Of a DNA stretch of 64,000 nucleotides, positions 27,753 through 37,451 are shown piece by piece. The notes under the pieces are model-generated. The model saw only the letters and a program-made list of their open reading frames with translations, was not told the DNA's origin and searched no databases. The first letter of the stretch is position 1. Each line of letters opens with the position of its first letter. The translations under genes were made by a program, and so were the position numbers. Source of the DNA: a virus. Its lineage: Duplodnaviria; Heunggongvirae; Uroviricota; Caudoviricetes. The stretch spans positions 18,137 to 82,136 of the IMG/VR virus record IMGVR_UViG_3300028602_000005. One strand, given 5' to 3'.

Positions 27753-28541
27753 TTAAAGATTTAATATATCACCCTTTTCTAAAATTCCTCTAAAACCACT
27801 ATTAAAAACTTTTTTAGTAAAATTAAAATCATAATGTAATAGATGTGTAAGGTACATTTTTTCTTTAATTTTTGGAGGAATGGATTTACATAAAGAATCA
27901 AAACTAATATGTGCATCTGATTCAGAACCAACTTCACAATCTTGAATTATTATTGTAGCATCTCTATAAATTGGTAATAAATCTGCCAAATTTGATTTAT
28001 TCATATCTGATGTTATAAAAATATAATCTTGTTTATTATTATAATATAACAAAAGACCATATGATTTTGATTGTAATCCAGAATTCACATGAATATGTTT
28101 TAATTCTATCGGTAAAATATTATCATCATATTTACCAATACCTAATATATCAAAATAAAAATCTGGATATGTGAATCTATTACTTATACAATCCATTTGA
28201 TTAAAAATAATTGAAAATAAATTTTTGAAAATCTCCATTGATGGGATTATTAATTTTGGTTTTGGAAGACCTAAAAAATGTCTCATGTATCCAAAATAAG
28301 GAATACCTCCAATATGATCATTGTGACAATGAGAAATAAAAATTTTGTCAATATTACCAACATTCAAGTCAATTTTGTCATCAATATTTAAATCACGTAA
28401 GGCATATTTAAAATCTGGACCACAATCAAATAATAGTTTTTCTTTGTCATCATTTTCAAAAATATAAGAGGAACAATAGTTGTCCTCACTAAACAAATTA
28501 CCACTTCCTAAAACTAGTAATCTAGCCATTTTTATCACCAA
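27753..28541 (-). CDS. Metallo-beta-lactamase-fold nuclease, RNase Z (ElaC)-like
   Basis: LLVLGSGN...LLFDCGPDF...IDKIFISHCHNDHIGGIPYF follows the RNase Z pattern (LGTG...LIDCGEGTQ...ITHLHGDHxxGL); 262 aa, the short-form size. Confidence 0.55.
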   Translation of the reverse strand: MVIKMARLLVLGSGNLFSEDNYCSSYIFENDDKEKLLFDCGPDFKYALRDLNIDDKIDLNVGNIDKIFISHCHNDHIGGIPYFGYMRHFLGLPKPKLIIPSMEIFKNLFSIIFNQMDCISNRFTYPDFYFDILGIGKYDDNILPIELKHIHVNSGLQSKSYGLLLYYNNKQDYIFITSDMNKSNLADLLPIYRDATIIIQDCEVGSESDAHISFDSLCKSIPPKIKEKMYLTHLLHYDFNFTKKVFNSGFRGILEKGDILNL

Positions 28542-29185
28542 TATTTCTTAATGAAATTTATTAATTTTGAATATTTACTCTTTATTATCGGTAATGCTGA
28601 TTTATAAATTTCTTCATATACATTTTTATATAATATGAAGAATTCAATTATTTCTTTTTTAACTTCTTTAATTGTTACATTTTTAATATTATTATCATGT
28701 TTAGTAAAATCATTATCATAATTATTATCATCATTACTAATTTTATTATGATCTGTATCTTTTACTATAAGATATATATCATTATTTTCGAAATCTTTAA
28801 TAATATTTAAATTAAATGTTCTTATTATAGGTTTAATAGGTGTTTTCACTCTTGATATAAAATTTTTTTTTGAATAGCTATGAAATATTAAATCAGTGAA
28901 AACTCCTGGATCATTTATAAATATTTTTTCAGAATTATCACTTAGATTTATGGAAATATTTATTCTTATTAGATATTCATTTTTTTGAGATGTTTTTATA
29001 TAACCAATTATATATAATATATTTTCATCATCATGAATATCTAAATACTGTCCTTCCTTATTGTTTACCCCTAAAACATTTAAGTGATTTCTGTATTTTA
29101 AATATTTTTTATCAAATAAATCTTCATCTATAACAACAAGTTTAAAATCCTTTTTATTAAATCTATCAGTTATTATTCTTTCCAT
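28535..29185 (-). CDS. Hypothetical protein
   Basis: 216-aa ORF, translationally coupled to its neighbours. Confidence 0.45.
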   Translation of the reverse strand: MERIITDRFNKKDFKLVVIDEDLFDKKYLKYRNHLNVLGVNNKEGQYLDIHDDENILYIIGYIKTSQKNEYLIRINISINLSDNSEKIFINDPGVFTDLIFHSYSKKNFISRVKTPIKPIIRTFNLNIIKDFENNDIYLIVKDTDHNKISNDDNNYDNDFTKHDNNIKNVTIKEVKKEIIEFFILYKNVYEEIYKSALPIIKSKYSKLINFIKKYW

Positions 29186-29192
29186 TTTATTT

Positions 29193-30548
29193 TCACCAAT
29201 ACATTTTTGTTAATTTAGACCAATCTCCCTTTTTTCTTCCAATTTTAGCACAGGGTTTTCCATTTAACATAACACCATCTGCTGTAAAATCAACATTAAA
29301 ATTATTAACAATAGATGATCCAATTCCGACATCATCAAATGGAACTCCTAAATTTATAAAGTTTTTTATTCTCTCTTCTGTAAATCCACCTGAAATAATA
29401 ATTTTTAAATTTTTAAGTCCAAGAGAATCAAATATTTCTCTTGCTTTAAAAACCAATTCAGGAGAAACTCCTGTATTTCCAATAATTTTATTAACTGAAT
29501 TATCCCATAGATTTCCAGAAGTATCAAACCTTACACCATAAAGTTTGTTTTTACCTTCACCTATTAAAGAATCTATATAATTATCATAAAATTCAGGACA
29601 TTGAAATTGAAAATGTTCCAATTTAGTTTTATTTGAAATTATATAATTATAATTTTCTATACAACTTAATTCATATAAATAAATATTTTTTTTATTTTCT
29701 ACAATATCAGAAAGTTCATTATAAATAATTTCAAGTGTAGTTTCGATACAATCATTATCCCAATCTACTAAAACAATTCTATTTACACTTGGATCAATAT
29801 TATTATCAAATGCTTTATATGCCTCATATGTATTTCCATTATATGATCCTATGAGTAAATGAGGAATAGTTCCCATTCCTTCAATATTAAAAAGTGATCC
29901 ATTTGCATCTGTTGAAAAAGATTTTACACCACCTGTTATAGCTGAAGTTCCATCAATACATTGTGAACCATGATATCTAAATCTGGCAGGAAAGAAAAAT
30001 ATTTCATGTTTTCTATTTTTATCTGAATCCAGAATTTTTTTTATTCTATTTACAGATGTCGCTACTGCTGATCCTTGAGATAAACACCCCAAAATAGGAG
30101 TTTCTAAATGAGCAAAATACGCAGGATTTCCAATAAATCCTAAAATTATTTCCTTATCTTTAATATCAAAACCTTCTTTTGGAAGAAAATATACTTCAAC
30201 TTCTTCTGTTTTTTGAATCCAAAGTTCATCTAACTCTTCATAAAGATTTTTCATCTTCAAAAAATTTTCGAAATAATTTACCATATTTATTTCTCTTAAA
30301 TTAATCATAATATCTGAGAATATTGTTTTGGCTTTATTATAATCTGAATAATACCCAATACAATCGTATAAAAATGAAAACACATGAGTCATTCCAGAAA
30401 GAATACAATCTTTTCTTGGAAAGAATTGATATTCCATAATATCATTTTTATTATCTTTCAAAAGGATTTCCTGTGTTCTCATGAAATATTTATCTGAATA
30501 ATATCCAAGTCTGATTGCTGCTTTTTCTAGAAATGTTCCAGTAAACAT
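29193..30548 (-). CDS. Nicotinate/nicotinamide phosphoribosyltransferase family protein (PncB/NadV-like)
   Basis: 451 aa. N-terminal YSDKYFMRTQ matches the DSYK/TDxYxxTM start of NAPRT/NAMPT enzymes. GG-rich phosphoribosyl-binding segments (IISGGFTEE; GVPFDDVGIGS). Confidence 0.6.
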   Translation of the reverse strand: MFTGTFLEKAAIRLGYYSDKYFMRTQEILLKDNKNDIMEYQFFPRKDCILSGMTHVFSFLYDCIGYYSDYNKAKTIFSDIMINLREINMVNYFENFLKMKNLYEELDELWIQKTEEVEVYFLPKEGFDIKDKEIILGFIGNPAYFAHLETPILGCLSQGSAVATSVNRIKKILDSDKNRKHEIFFFPARFRYHGSQCIDGTSAITGGVKSFSTDANGSLFNIEGMGTIPHLLIGSYNGNTYEAYKAFDNNIDPSVNRIVLVDWDNDCIETTLEIIYNELSDIVENKKNIYLYELSCIENYNYIISNKTKLEHFQFQCPEFYDNYIDSLIGEGKNKLYGVRFDTSGNLWDNSVNKIIGNTGVSPELVFKAREIFDSLGLKNLKIIISGGFTEERIKNFINLGVPFDDVGIGSSIVNNFNVDFTADGVMLNGKPCAKIGRKKGDWSKLTKMYW

Positions 30549-30552
30549 TTTT

Positions 30553-30867
30553 TTACTCTCCTTTTTCTTCTTCCTTTTTAATTTTTATAGATTCAATTTG
30601 ATCCTCAAGGAAACTTATCTTTTCATCAAGATCTTGTGTTGCTTCTGAAAATTTTTTTATTTCTTCTGTTATTGTTTCTTCTTCTTTTAATATATTATAT
30701 TTTTCTTTTAATGATTTATAAGCATCGATTTTCTTTTCCAGTTTTTCAATATCTTCTGAAAATTCATTTTTATTTTTATTGTTACCTTCATTTATTTTTT
30801 TGTAAATTTTAATACCAAAATAACTTAGTAAAAATGCTACTACTAATACACAAAATATATAAAACAT
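30553..30867 (-). CDS. Membrane-anchored coiled-coil protein
   Basis: N-terminal TM helix FCVLVVAFLLSYFGI followed by E/K-rich helices. Confidence 0.45.
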   Translation of the reverse strand: MFYIFCVLVVAFLLSYFGIKIYKKINEGNNKNKNEFSEDIEKLEKKIDAYKSLKEKYNILKEEETITEEIKKFSEATQDLDEKISFLEDQIESIKIKKEEEKGE

Positions 30868-30879
30868 TTTATTTCTCCT

Positions 30880-31335
30880 TTATGTTAATACTTTTATTTC
30901 TTCAAAAGAAATGAATCCTCTAGGAAGTTTTCTTATTTCTGAACTAGGTACTTTATATTCTTTTTCCATTTTAATATATTCTTTAATTCTATATGAAAAT
31001 GATTTAGGTGCAATAAGACCAAATCCTGAATATAAAATTGGATATTTTACTCTTCGTTTTCCTTTTACAGTAATAATAATCCAATCACAATCACTAACTT
31101 CATGATTTGCAAAACTTATAGCATCATATATAGATTCAAAACAACATATTCCAGCCGAATCAGGAAAAGCTTTTATTATTGAATTTTTTTTGTATTTAGG
31201 AAAAAATATTTTATCTTCATGATTAACTTTAAGATCATTTCTTTTTGAACTTATCATTTTTTTAAAAATCATATAATTTGTTCCAAATCTTGTTCTTTTT
31301 TCAACTACTTTAAATGCTGTTATTTCATCTTCCAT
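30880..31335 (-). CDS. Hypothetical protein
   Basis: 151-aa ORF. Confidence 0.45.
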   Translation of the reverse strand: MEDEITAFKVVEKRTRFGTNYMIFKKMISSKRNDLKVNHEDKIFFPKYKKNSIIKAFPDSAGICCFESIYDAISFANHEVSDCDWIIITVKGKRRVKYPILYSGFGLIAPKSFSYRIKEYIKMEKEYKVPSSEIRKLPRGFISFEEIKVLT

Positions 31336-31406
31336 TTTTCACCTCAAAAATAAAAAAATGAGGTGGAGATAATTTTTCCCACCCCATTACTATCTATTGA
31401 ATTTTA

Positions 31407-32585
31407 TTACTTCTTTTCTTCTGAAACTGCTCCTTTGGGAATTGATAGATCAAGACCAATCATTTTTGCAGCAGCCATATTAAGAGTAGTCAGAAACTGT
31501 GCTGTTTGAGCATCAAGATTTGTTCCTTTTCCTCCTGCTCCTCCTCCATCGTAATAATATGTCGGAACATTACGCATCGAATATGCTTTTGCATTAACTT
31601 CTGCCATATATTTCATTGCATCAAGTTTTTTATCCAAAGCACCATCAGCAGCGAGAACAAGTCTTTTTCTTTCAGATTCACCTTCTCCAAGAAGAATCTG
31701 TTCTTTCTTTGTGAATTCAGCAGCTTCCTTTGCAAGTGACGCAACTGCTTTTTTCTGTTCTGCTTCAATCACTCCAACTTCCTTCAACTGTTGTGCTGCG
31801 ACAACAGCTCTGATTTTCTCTTGTTCTTTCTCATATCTTGCCAATGCGACCTTTGCTTTTCCTTCTGCTTCAATTGTAAGCTTATTTTGTTCAGCCTCTT
31901 GTGCCTTTGCTTTTGCAGTCGCAACAGCCATCAAAGCTTCTTGCTGTTTCGCAATCTGTTCTCTGACCTTGGGTGAATAATCAAAGACTTTAACTTCAAA
32001 GTTTTTAAGTGTTATTCCTGTTCCCTTCAGAGGATTAAATTTGTAAACAGGATTACCATTAGCATCGAGTTTTTTAACCTTAAATAATTTTTTGATTTTT
32101 TCTCCACTTATGAGATCTGTGATTTCTCTTTCTTCATCCTTTGTTTCATACAGACCATTTTCAATCTGTTCAATAGATGAATTAATAAAATCAGGTCTTT
32201 TTGAAGAATAACTTTCTTCAGCGGTCATTAAATTTGCTGTTTGTCGCAATACATTTCTGACAGTTGGAAGAATAAGTTTATGTTCAAGTTCTCTATAATT
32301 TCTATATCCAGATTTTATTATCAGATTTATAGCATCTGTTTCAGAAATAGGCAGATTAATACGGCAAGTTCCTGAAATATTACAAGTAGATCCATCAACG
32401 AATCTTACTTCAATGCTTCGATCAATATTTTTTCCTTCCAGTAAATCTTTTATAAAATAAAAAGTTTCTGATACTGGCCAAGTTTCAATGTCTCCAAACA
32501 TTTGTGCTTTCCACCCAGGAGTCATATGCAACCATTTTACCTGAGACAGCAGCCTGTTTAATTTGATATGTTCCGCTTTTAACAT
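31407..32585 (-). CDS. SPFH/band-7 (flotillin/YqiK-like) domain protein
   Basis: TPGWKAQMFGDIETWPV resembles the SPFH N-terminal PGlhfkiPf segment. Long A/E/K/Q coiled coil (KAKAQEAEQNKLTIEAEGKAKVALARYEKEQEK). The GC is higher than in the surrounding genes. Confidence 0.65.
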   Translation of the reverse strand: MLKAEHIKLNRLLSQVKWLHMTPGWKAQMFGDIETWPVSETFYFIKDLLEGKNIDRSIEVRFVDGSTCNISGTCRINLPISETDAINLIIKSGYRNYRELEHKLILPTVRNVLRQTANLMTAEESYSSKRPDFINSSIEQIENGLYETKDEEREITDLISGEKIKKLFKVKKLDANGNPVYKFNPLKGTGITLKNFEVKVFDYSPKVREQIAKQQEALMAVATAKAKAQEAEQNKLTIEAEGKAKVALARYEKEQEKIRAVVAAQQLKEVGVIEAEQKKAVASLAKEAAEFTKKEQILLGEGESERKRLVLAADGALDKKLDAMKYMAEVNAKAYSMRNVPTYYYDGGGAGGKGTNLDAQTAQFLTTLNMAAAKMIGLDLSIPKGAVSEEKK

Positions 32586-32694
32586 TTGTGATTATACTTC
32601 CTGAAAATGCAACGGCAATTATTATAATAACACACATTATAATATATTTACCATAACCACCCTTATTTTTCATTACATCACTAACTGTCTTCAT
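32485..32694 (-). CDS. Small TM protein overlapping the SPFH start in the +1 frame; may be the N-terminal TM part of the SPFH protein separated by a frameshift
   Basis: TM helix YIIMCVIIIIAVAFSGSIIT. The two frames share the ATCAAATTAAAC region; canonical SPFH proteins begin with such a TM helix. Confidence 0.3.
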   Translation of the reverse strand: MKTVSDVMKNKGGYGKYIIMCVIIIIAVAFSGSIITNVKSGTYQIKQAAVSGKMVAYDSWVESTNVWRH

Positions 32695-32726
32695 TCTGAA
32701 AAAATCTCCTTTATGATTTTATAATT

Positions 32727-34430
32727 TTATGATTTTTTAATACTAATACTGAATAATTTATTGTCTTTGAAAAATGTAAGTCCTTTATAATTTTTAGATA
32801 GATGAATATTATTAATATTTGGTGAATTTACTTCTCTTATTGTTTTATTTTTATAATCATTGAAAAATATTCTCATTTTATTATCATCAATCATTAGGAC
32901 GCAAACATTATTATTTAATACGGTAAAGTTTAAATCAATATTAGTGATATCAATATCTTCGTAAATTTCATAAAACATATGACTATCACTAAAAATTAAA
33001 GTAAAACGATTTAATTTATTATCTTTTCTTACAATTACAACTGCTACTTTATTATCATATTTTACATCAAGTACTTCACAACCATCCAACTCTTTTATAT
33101 GAATATCATAATATAAACTATTTTTTCCTTTATTTGAGATTGGAATCCCAAAAAACATTTTTCCTAAAATGTTTTGAATTAACATATTTTCAAATAATTT
33201 TGTAGAGTTGGGCATAACTGAAATTGTTAAAACATTTGAAGTAAAACATTTATATCCGCTTTTAAGTTTTAATATTTCCACCTCCATAAATTTATTTTGG
33301 TACTTTACATACAAACTATTTTTATAAACTTTGAAATCATCTGCTTTTATATCAGTTTTAGTTATTGATCCAGAATTTGAATCCATTATAAAAAGATCCT
33401 GTTTAGCATCTGTTGTTATAAAAATTGGATCTAAATTTGGTTCGATAAATAAGACTTCTGTTTTTATATTTCTTAATGGATATTTTTTATCATCCAAATA
33501 AATAAATTCTTTTGTTCTTATTATTTCTTTAGAAAACAAAGATCTATGATATATAATATCTGAATCAAATGTTTTTAATTCAGTTATATCAAAATCTGTT
33601 AATGAGAAAACATAACTTTTAACTTTAATTACATTTATAGAACTTGAAATAGCTGGTGGTGGTGTTCTTTTTCCATTTTCAAAAATATCAATATACCAAT
33701 TTACATATTCAGATGGAATTACATCAAATCCTCGAATATTTTTTGGTAAATTGCTGATATTTTTATTGAATATGGAAATATTAGATCTCATTCTATCAAA
33801 TATATTATCTACATTTGGGTGCTTTCCTGCTTTGAATGGATGAACGCCCAAAAATAACCAACATGATAAAATGGCAAAACTATACCAATCTGTTAAAACA
33901 TCAAAATAATTTTTTGTTCCATCAGTCATTGTTGGTGAATAGGCTGAAGCATTAAAAGATGTTGTTTTATAAGAATCAACATCTATAAATATAGGAATTT
34001 CAAAGTTATTATCTATCATAAAATTAAATTCATTCATATCGACAACTAAACAATCTTTTTCATGAATGAATTCTATAGTTTCAACAAATTTATCGATGAT
34101 TTTTACTATTTGTTTTTCATCAATATTATTTTGTTTTCTAAAACCATTAGAGAATAATGCACATATGGCAGTTTTACTTTCAACGAAATTCATTGAAAAA
34201 CCAACTCTATCGTTTTTATCATTAAAAATCATATCCAATGGTTTTATTATATTATCTTTATTTAAAACAGATAATTCATCAAATTTTTTAACAGGAATAA
34301 CTTTAGAAATATCTCTATAAATTTTGTAACATAAAAAATCTTTTTTATATATTAATGCTTCACTTCCTTCTCCCAAATAATCATTATCATTTAATTTGAT
34401 AACACTATTTTTGGTGTATATTGTGGGCAT
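32727..34430 (-). CDS. Eukaryotic-like Ser/Thr protein kinase with a C-terminal domain of unknown function
   Basis: Gly-loop LGEGSEALIYK, beta3 Lys in CYKIY, catalytic-loop-like IHEKDCLVVDMNEFNFMID, DFG-like IDVDSY, subdomain IX DWYSFAILSCWLFLGVHPF. 567 aa. Confidence 0.55.
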   Translation of the reverse strand: MPTIYTKNSVIKLNDNDYLGEGSEALIYKKDFLCYKIYRDISKVIPVKKFDELSVLNKDNIIKPLDMIFNDKNDRVGFSMNFVESKTAICALFSNGFRKQNNIDEKQIVKIIDKFVETIEFIHEKDCLVVDMNEFNFMIDNNFEIPIFIDVDSYKTTSFNASAYSPTMTDGTKNYFDVLTDWYSFAILSCWLFLGVHPFKAGKHPNVDNIFDRMRSNISIFNKNISNLPKNIRGFDVIPSEYVNWYIDIFENGKRTPPPAISSSINVIKVKSYVFSLTDFDITELKTFDSDIIYHRSLFSKEIIRTKEFIYLDDKKYPLRNIKTEVLFIEPNLDPIFITTDAKQDLFIMDSNSGSITKTDIKADDFKVYKNSLYVKYQNKFMEVEILKLKSGYKCFTSNVLTISVMPNSTKLFENMLIQNILGKMFFGIPISNKGKNSLYYDIHIKELDGCEVLDVKYDNKVAVVIVRKDNKLNRFTLIFSDSHMFYEIYEDIDITNIDLNFTVLNNNVCVLMIDDNKMRIFFNDYKNKTIREVNSPNINNIHLSKNYKGLTFFKDNKLFSISIKKS

Positions 34431-34442
34431 TTCTAAAATCTC

Positions 34443-35303
34443 CTATTTAAGAATAATGCCAGATATTGAAATATCATCCATATTTTTTATTCCTTTTTCA
34501 TTCAATTCTGATAAAAGGCTTTTCATTCTTCTTGTCAGAAATTTTCCTTTTTTTGTTTTGAAATTAAAAATTTCTTTAAGAATATCAAATTCACTTACTT
34601 TTTTATTTCCTTCTAAAAAGCTACCCAATCCATCTGACATAACAAAAATACTTTCTAACTCTTTTTTATCTTCTCCTTCTACCGTAATTGCAGATATTAC
34701 AGTTGATTCTTTTATATTAAATTCATCTACTTGATAATCTAAAACTTTTTCAAAATTTAAATCGCATAGAGTGAATTCATCTTTAATTTTATCTTGAATA
34801 TTAAATTGTGACACATATGTTTTCATATCTAAAATATTACATCCATATATTGGATAAAATGGTGTATTTTTCGGATAAGTATATTTATGAATAGCGAATG
34901 CATTATTAAATTTTTTAACTATATAACCATCTCCCATTATAATAACGATAATATTATCTTTTAATTTTATATTAATAATAGAGGTTGCTAATAAAGAATT
35001 TATATTTTCTACAGTTGAAAAAAATTTTAAAAAATGATCAAGTTTAAAAAGAAATTTTGAAACAATAAAACTAATAACTCTTTGAGTATCATTTGATATT
35101 AATTTTAAATTATCAAATTCTTCATCGATTATTTTATCGATAAGAACACACATTATTCTAGATCCAATGTCTGTTCTATCTCCAGATGAACATCCATCAG
35201 AAATCATAGAAATTGAAATATCATCGCTAAATTTTCTATGATATGCATAATCTTCACATATAGGATGTGATTCACATCCAAAAAAACAAGAATCTATTTC
35301 CAT
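34443..35303 (-). CDS. PP2C-family Ser/Thr phosphatase
   Basis: SDGCSSG resembles the DGHGG motif, and IFVMSDGLGSFL matches the PP2C SDGLWD signature; 286 aa. Confidence 0.55.
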   Translation of the reverse strand: MEIDSCFFGCESHPICEDYAYHRKFSDDISISMISDGCSSGDRTDIGSRIMCVLIDKIIDEEFDNLKLISNDTQRVISFIVSKFLFKLDHFLKFFSTVENINSLLATSIINIKLKDNIIVIIMGDGYIVKKFNNAFAIHKYTYPKNTPFYPIYGCNILDMKTYVSQFNIQDKIKDEFTLCDLNFEKVLDYQVDEFNIKESTVISAITVEGEDKKELESIFVMSDGLGSFLEGNKKVSEFDILKEIFNFKTKKGKFLTRRMKSLLSELNEKGIKNMDDISISGIILK

Positions 35304-35385
35304 TTTAATTCCTTTCTAAATTTAAAAAAAGGATTGGTCATAAAATTTAATATGACCAATCCTTTCAAAATATATTTTTTAAAAA

Positions 35386-36129
35386 TTAAAAAGTAGGAAC
35401 CGATCTGCTTGAAGTTCCAACATAATTCATTTGAGAAGATACAGATTGTGAAATGAATCCGGCTAGATGAGCAACACTTCCATCTCTTACATCTTTAATA
35501 TCTCTGAAAGCATCAATTCCAGCTTCTTTTTGAAAATTCTCAAGTTTATCTTTAAAATATTTATCCTGAAGATTTACTCCTATAAGAATAGTTGTAAGTC
35601 CTCCTTTTGAAACTTCTATTTTTGAAGAATTTTTCAATGCCTCTCCAACACTCTCAGCCGTTTTGAAAGTGTGAGAATCATTATTATCTCCATCTGTTAT
35701 ACATATAATAATGCCATTTGTATCAAAATCCTTTTTTGTAAGATCTTCTGAATATGAATTAAAAGATGCAATAGCAGATCCAAACGCATCAAAAAGAGGA
35801 GTTCTCCCATCACATCTAAAAACTGGAATATCCTTATCGAAATCAATAGCATGAAGTTCTTTATATCCAAAAACTTCTACTACGCCATTGAGTCCAAATG
35901 TTACAAATCTTAAAAGAACATTATAACTCTTCGGATGTTTTTGAAGATCTTTTATTGACAGAATAAGAGCATCCCTCATTGCTTTTGCAAAAGGTGCGAC
36001 ACTTCCTGTAACATCAAAAAGAATTGTGACTAAACAATATTCCGTTTCACCCAATTCATCTGGAACAACATATGAGAATTTAAAGCTCCCATTACAAATT
36101 GATCCAATACCCATAACATTTTCACTCAT
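35386..36129 (-). CDS. von Willebrand factor A (vWA, TerY-like) domain protein
   Basis: MIDAS-like LFDVTGSV (DxTGS) plus downstream T/D residues; 247 aa. Confidence 0.6.
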   Translation of the reverse strand: MSENVMGIGSICNGSFKFSYVVPDELGETEYCLVTILFDVTGSVAPFAKAMRDALILSIKDLQKHPKSYNVLLRFVTFGLNGVVEVFGYKELHAIDFDKDIPVFRCDGRTPLFDAFGSAIASFNSYSEDLTKKDFDTNGIIICITDGDNNDSHTFKTAESVGEALKNSSKIEVSKGGLTTILIGVNLQDKYFKDKLENFQKEAGIDAFRDIKDVRDGSVAHLAGFISQSVSSQMNYVGTSSRSVPTF

Positions 36130-36162
36130 AGTAAATATTAGCTCCTTTTTATTTTTTTATTT

Positions 36163-36960
36163 TTAAAAATTATCTGTTTTTATAATATTTGCGCCAGCAG
36201 ATTCAAATTCCTTAAGGAATTCTTCTTTAGATTTTTTACCACTTCCAACGGCAGATGTTGTGTCTTCTATGATATGAATTTTCTTTATGTTTTCTTTACT
36301 GAAATTTGAAATGATATCGATGAGTGTGAATGCGACACAGAAATCTGCTGCTTCTCCTGTTATCATAACTTCATCGAAGTTTTCCAAAAACATAAGAAAT
36401 TCTTTATTAAGCATTGTTCCTGGATCATCTGCTCTTGGGACATCAGCTTGAAGAACACTATAATGTTCCGAAAAAATATTGGACCCCTTTGTATAATACT
36501 GAGGTGGAATCATTTTGGAAATTTCCCATTCATGAATTGATTCAAGAAGTTTTGAATCAACACAATAACCAGGAGTTCCTATGATACAATGTTGAGGCCA
36601 GATCATAAGATTGTATCGGTTATTGGCTTCAAGTTGATTTACATAATCTTCAAGAATGGACTGATAAGGACTAAAAGATGCCTTAAAATTTCCATCTTTA
36701 ACATCTTGATTTGTTATCACCGTAAAAGGATCTGGATGATTTCCTTTTTTATCAATCCACATAATGCTGTGGGCAACATGTAATGGATGATGAGAATCCA
36801 AAGAAACAACTAACCTGTCAAATGCATGTTTATGTTTTTTGATAAAATTCGATAGAACTGACATGTCTCTATCTGCCCCATTAACAAAAAGTGATCCGCT
36901 TGGATTGGAAAAATCATATTGTGGATCAATAACAAAAAGAACTCTCTTAACCTTAGACAT
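36163..36960 (-). CDS. pncA: Isochorismatase-family hydrolase, nicotinamidase (PncA)-like
   Basis: VLFVIDPQYDF matches the VIDMQNDF start, and WPQHCIIGTPG matches the catalytic-Cys motif WPxHCvxGtxG; 265 aa. Confidence 0.7.
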   Translation of the reverse strand: MSKVKRVLFVIDPQYDFSNPSGSLFVNGADRDMSVLSNFIKKHKHAFDRLVVSLDSHHPLHVAHSIMWIDKKGNHPDPFTVITNQDVKDGNFKASFSPYQSILEDYVNQLEANNRYNLMIWPQHCIIGTPGYCVDSKLLESIHEWEISKMIPPQYYTKGSNIFSEHYSVLQADVPRADDPGTMLNKEFLMFLENFDEVMITGEAADFCVAFTLIDIISNFSKENIKKIHIIEDTTSAVGSGKKSKEEFLKEFESAGANIIKTDNF

Positions 36961-37027
36961 TTAAAACTCCCTTCGTAAATTAGATTTTTTAACTAAAAAT
37001 AAATATACCTTCAAGATTTAATATATA

Positions 37028-37040
37028 TAGATTTTAATTA
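37028..37040. promoter_or_regulatory. Motif 1 copy (TTAATATATATAG)
   Basis: Lies 68 nt from the pncA start. Followed on the + strand by the hairpin at 37064-37086. Confidence 0.4.
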
Positions 37041-37063
37041 TAAAAAAGAAAACGAAAAAAATT

Positions 37064-37086
37064 ACTTGGTGGCAATGCCACCAAGT
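37064..37086. terminator. Strong 10-bp hairpin (ACTTGGTGGC-aat-GCCACCAAGT)
   Basis: On the - strand it is followed by AATTTTTTTCGTTTTC. Candidate terminator for a - strand transcript of the ORF-free region 37090-37450. Confidence 0.5.
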
Positions 37087-37089
37087 AAA

Positions 37090-37450
37090 TAAAGCCATTA
37101 TATATTTTATATTTTTAAAGCAAAAGCCTCTGACTTTCAAAATCCTTGTAATACAGATCATTGCCATCATACCAATTCAAGAACAGTTTTCGCATGTTAC
37201 CAGTTATCCCTTCAGTAGATTTTTTAATGCTAATGATCCCCAAGCAATTCCACTGTTATTACAGAATTTTAAAAGTCTGCAATAACAAGTTTCATAGGTT
37301 CACCACCTTTCATATTTATTTTTTAATCCCTTAAATAGCCCTCAATGAAGTTTGGGGTAATCGGATGGGATTAATACCGATATACCTTCATTAAGGAACA
37401 TTTTTAAAATTGACACGATAACAAACATGCCACTTATATTATTTCAATAA
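37090..37450. ncRNA. ORF-free region of about 360 nt with locally higher GC and nested helices; candidate structured ncRNA
   Basis: No ORF on either strand. Nested pairings include AATGAAG...CTTCATT enclosing ATCGG...CCGAT. Flanked by motif-1-like TTATATATATAA at 37452-37463 and the hairpin at 37064-37086. Confidence 0.3.
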
Positions 37451-37451
37451 G

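Noticed and set aside
31506-31980. Three + strand ORFs within the SPFH gene region
   Set aside because: Cys/Ser/Phe-rich antisense translations of the A/E/K-rich coiled-coil codons.
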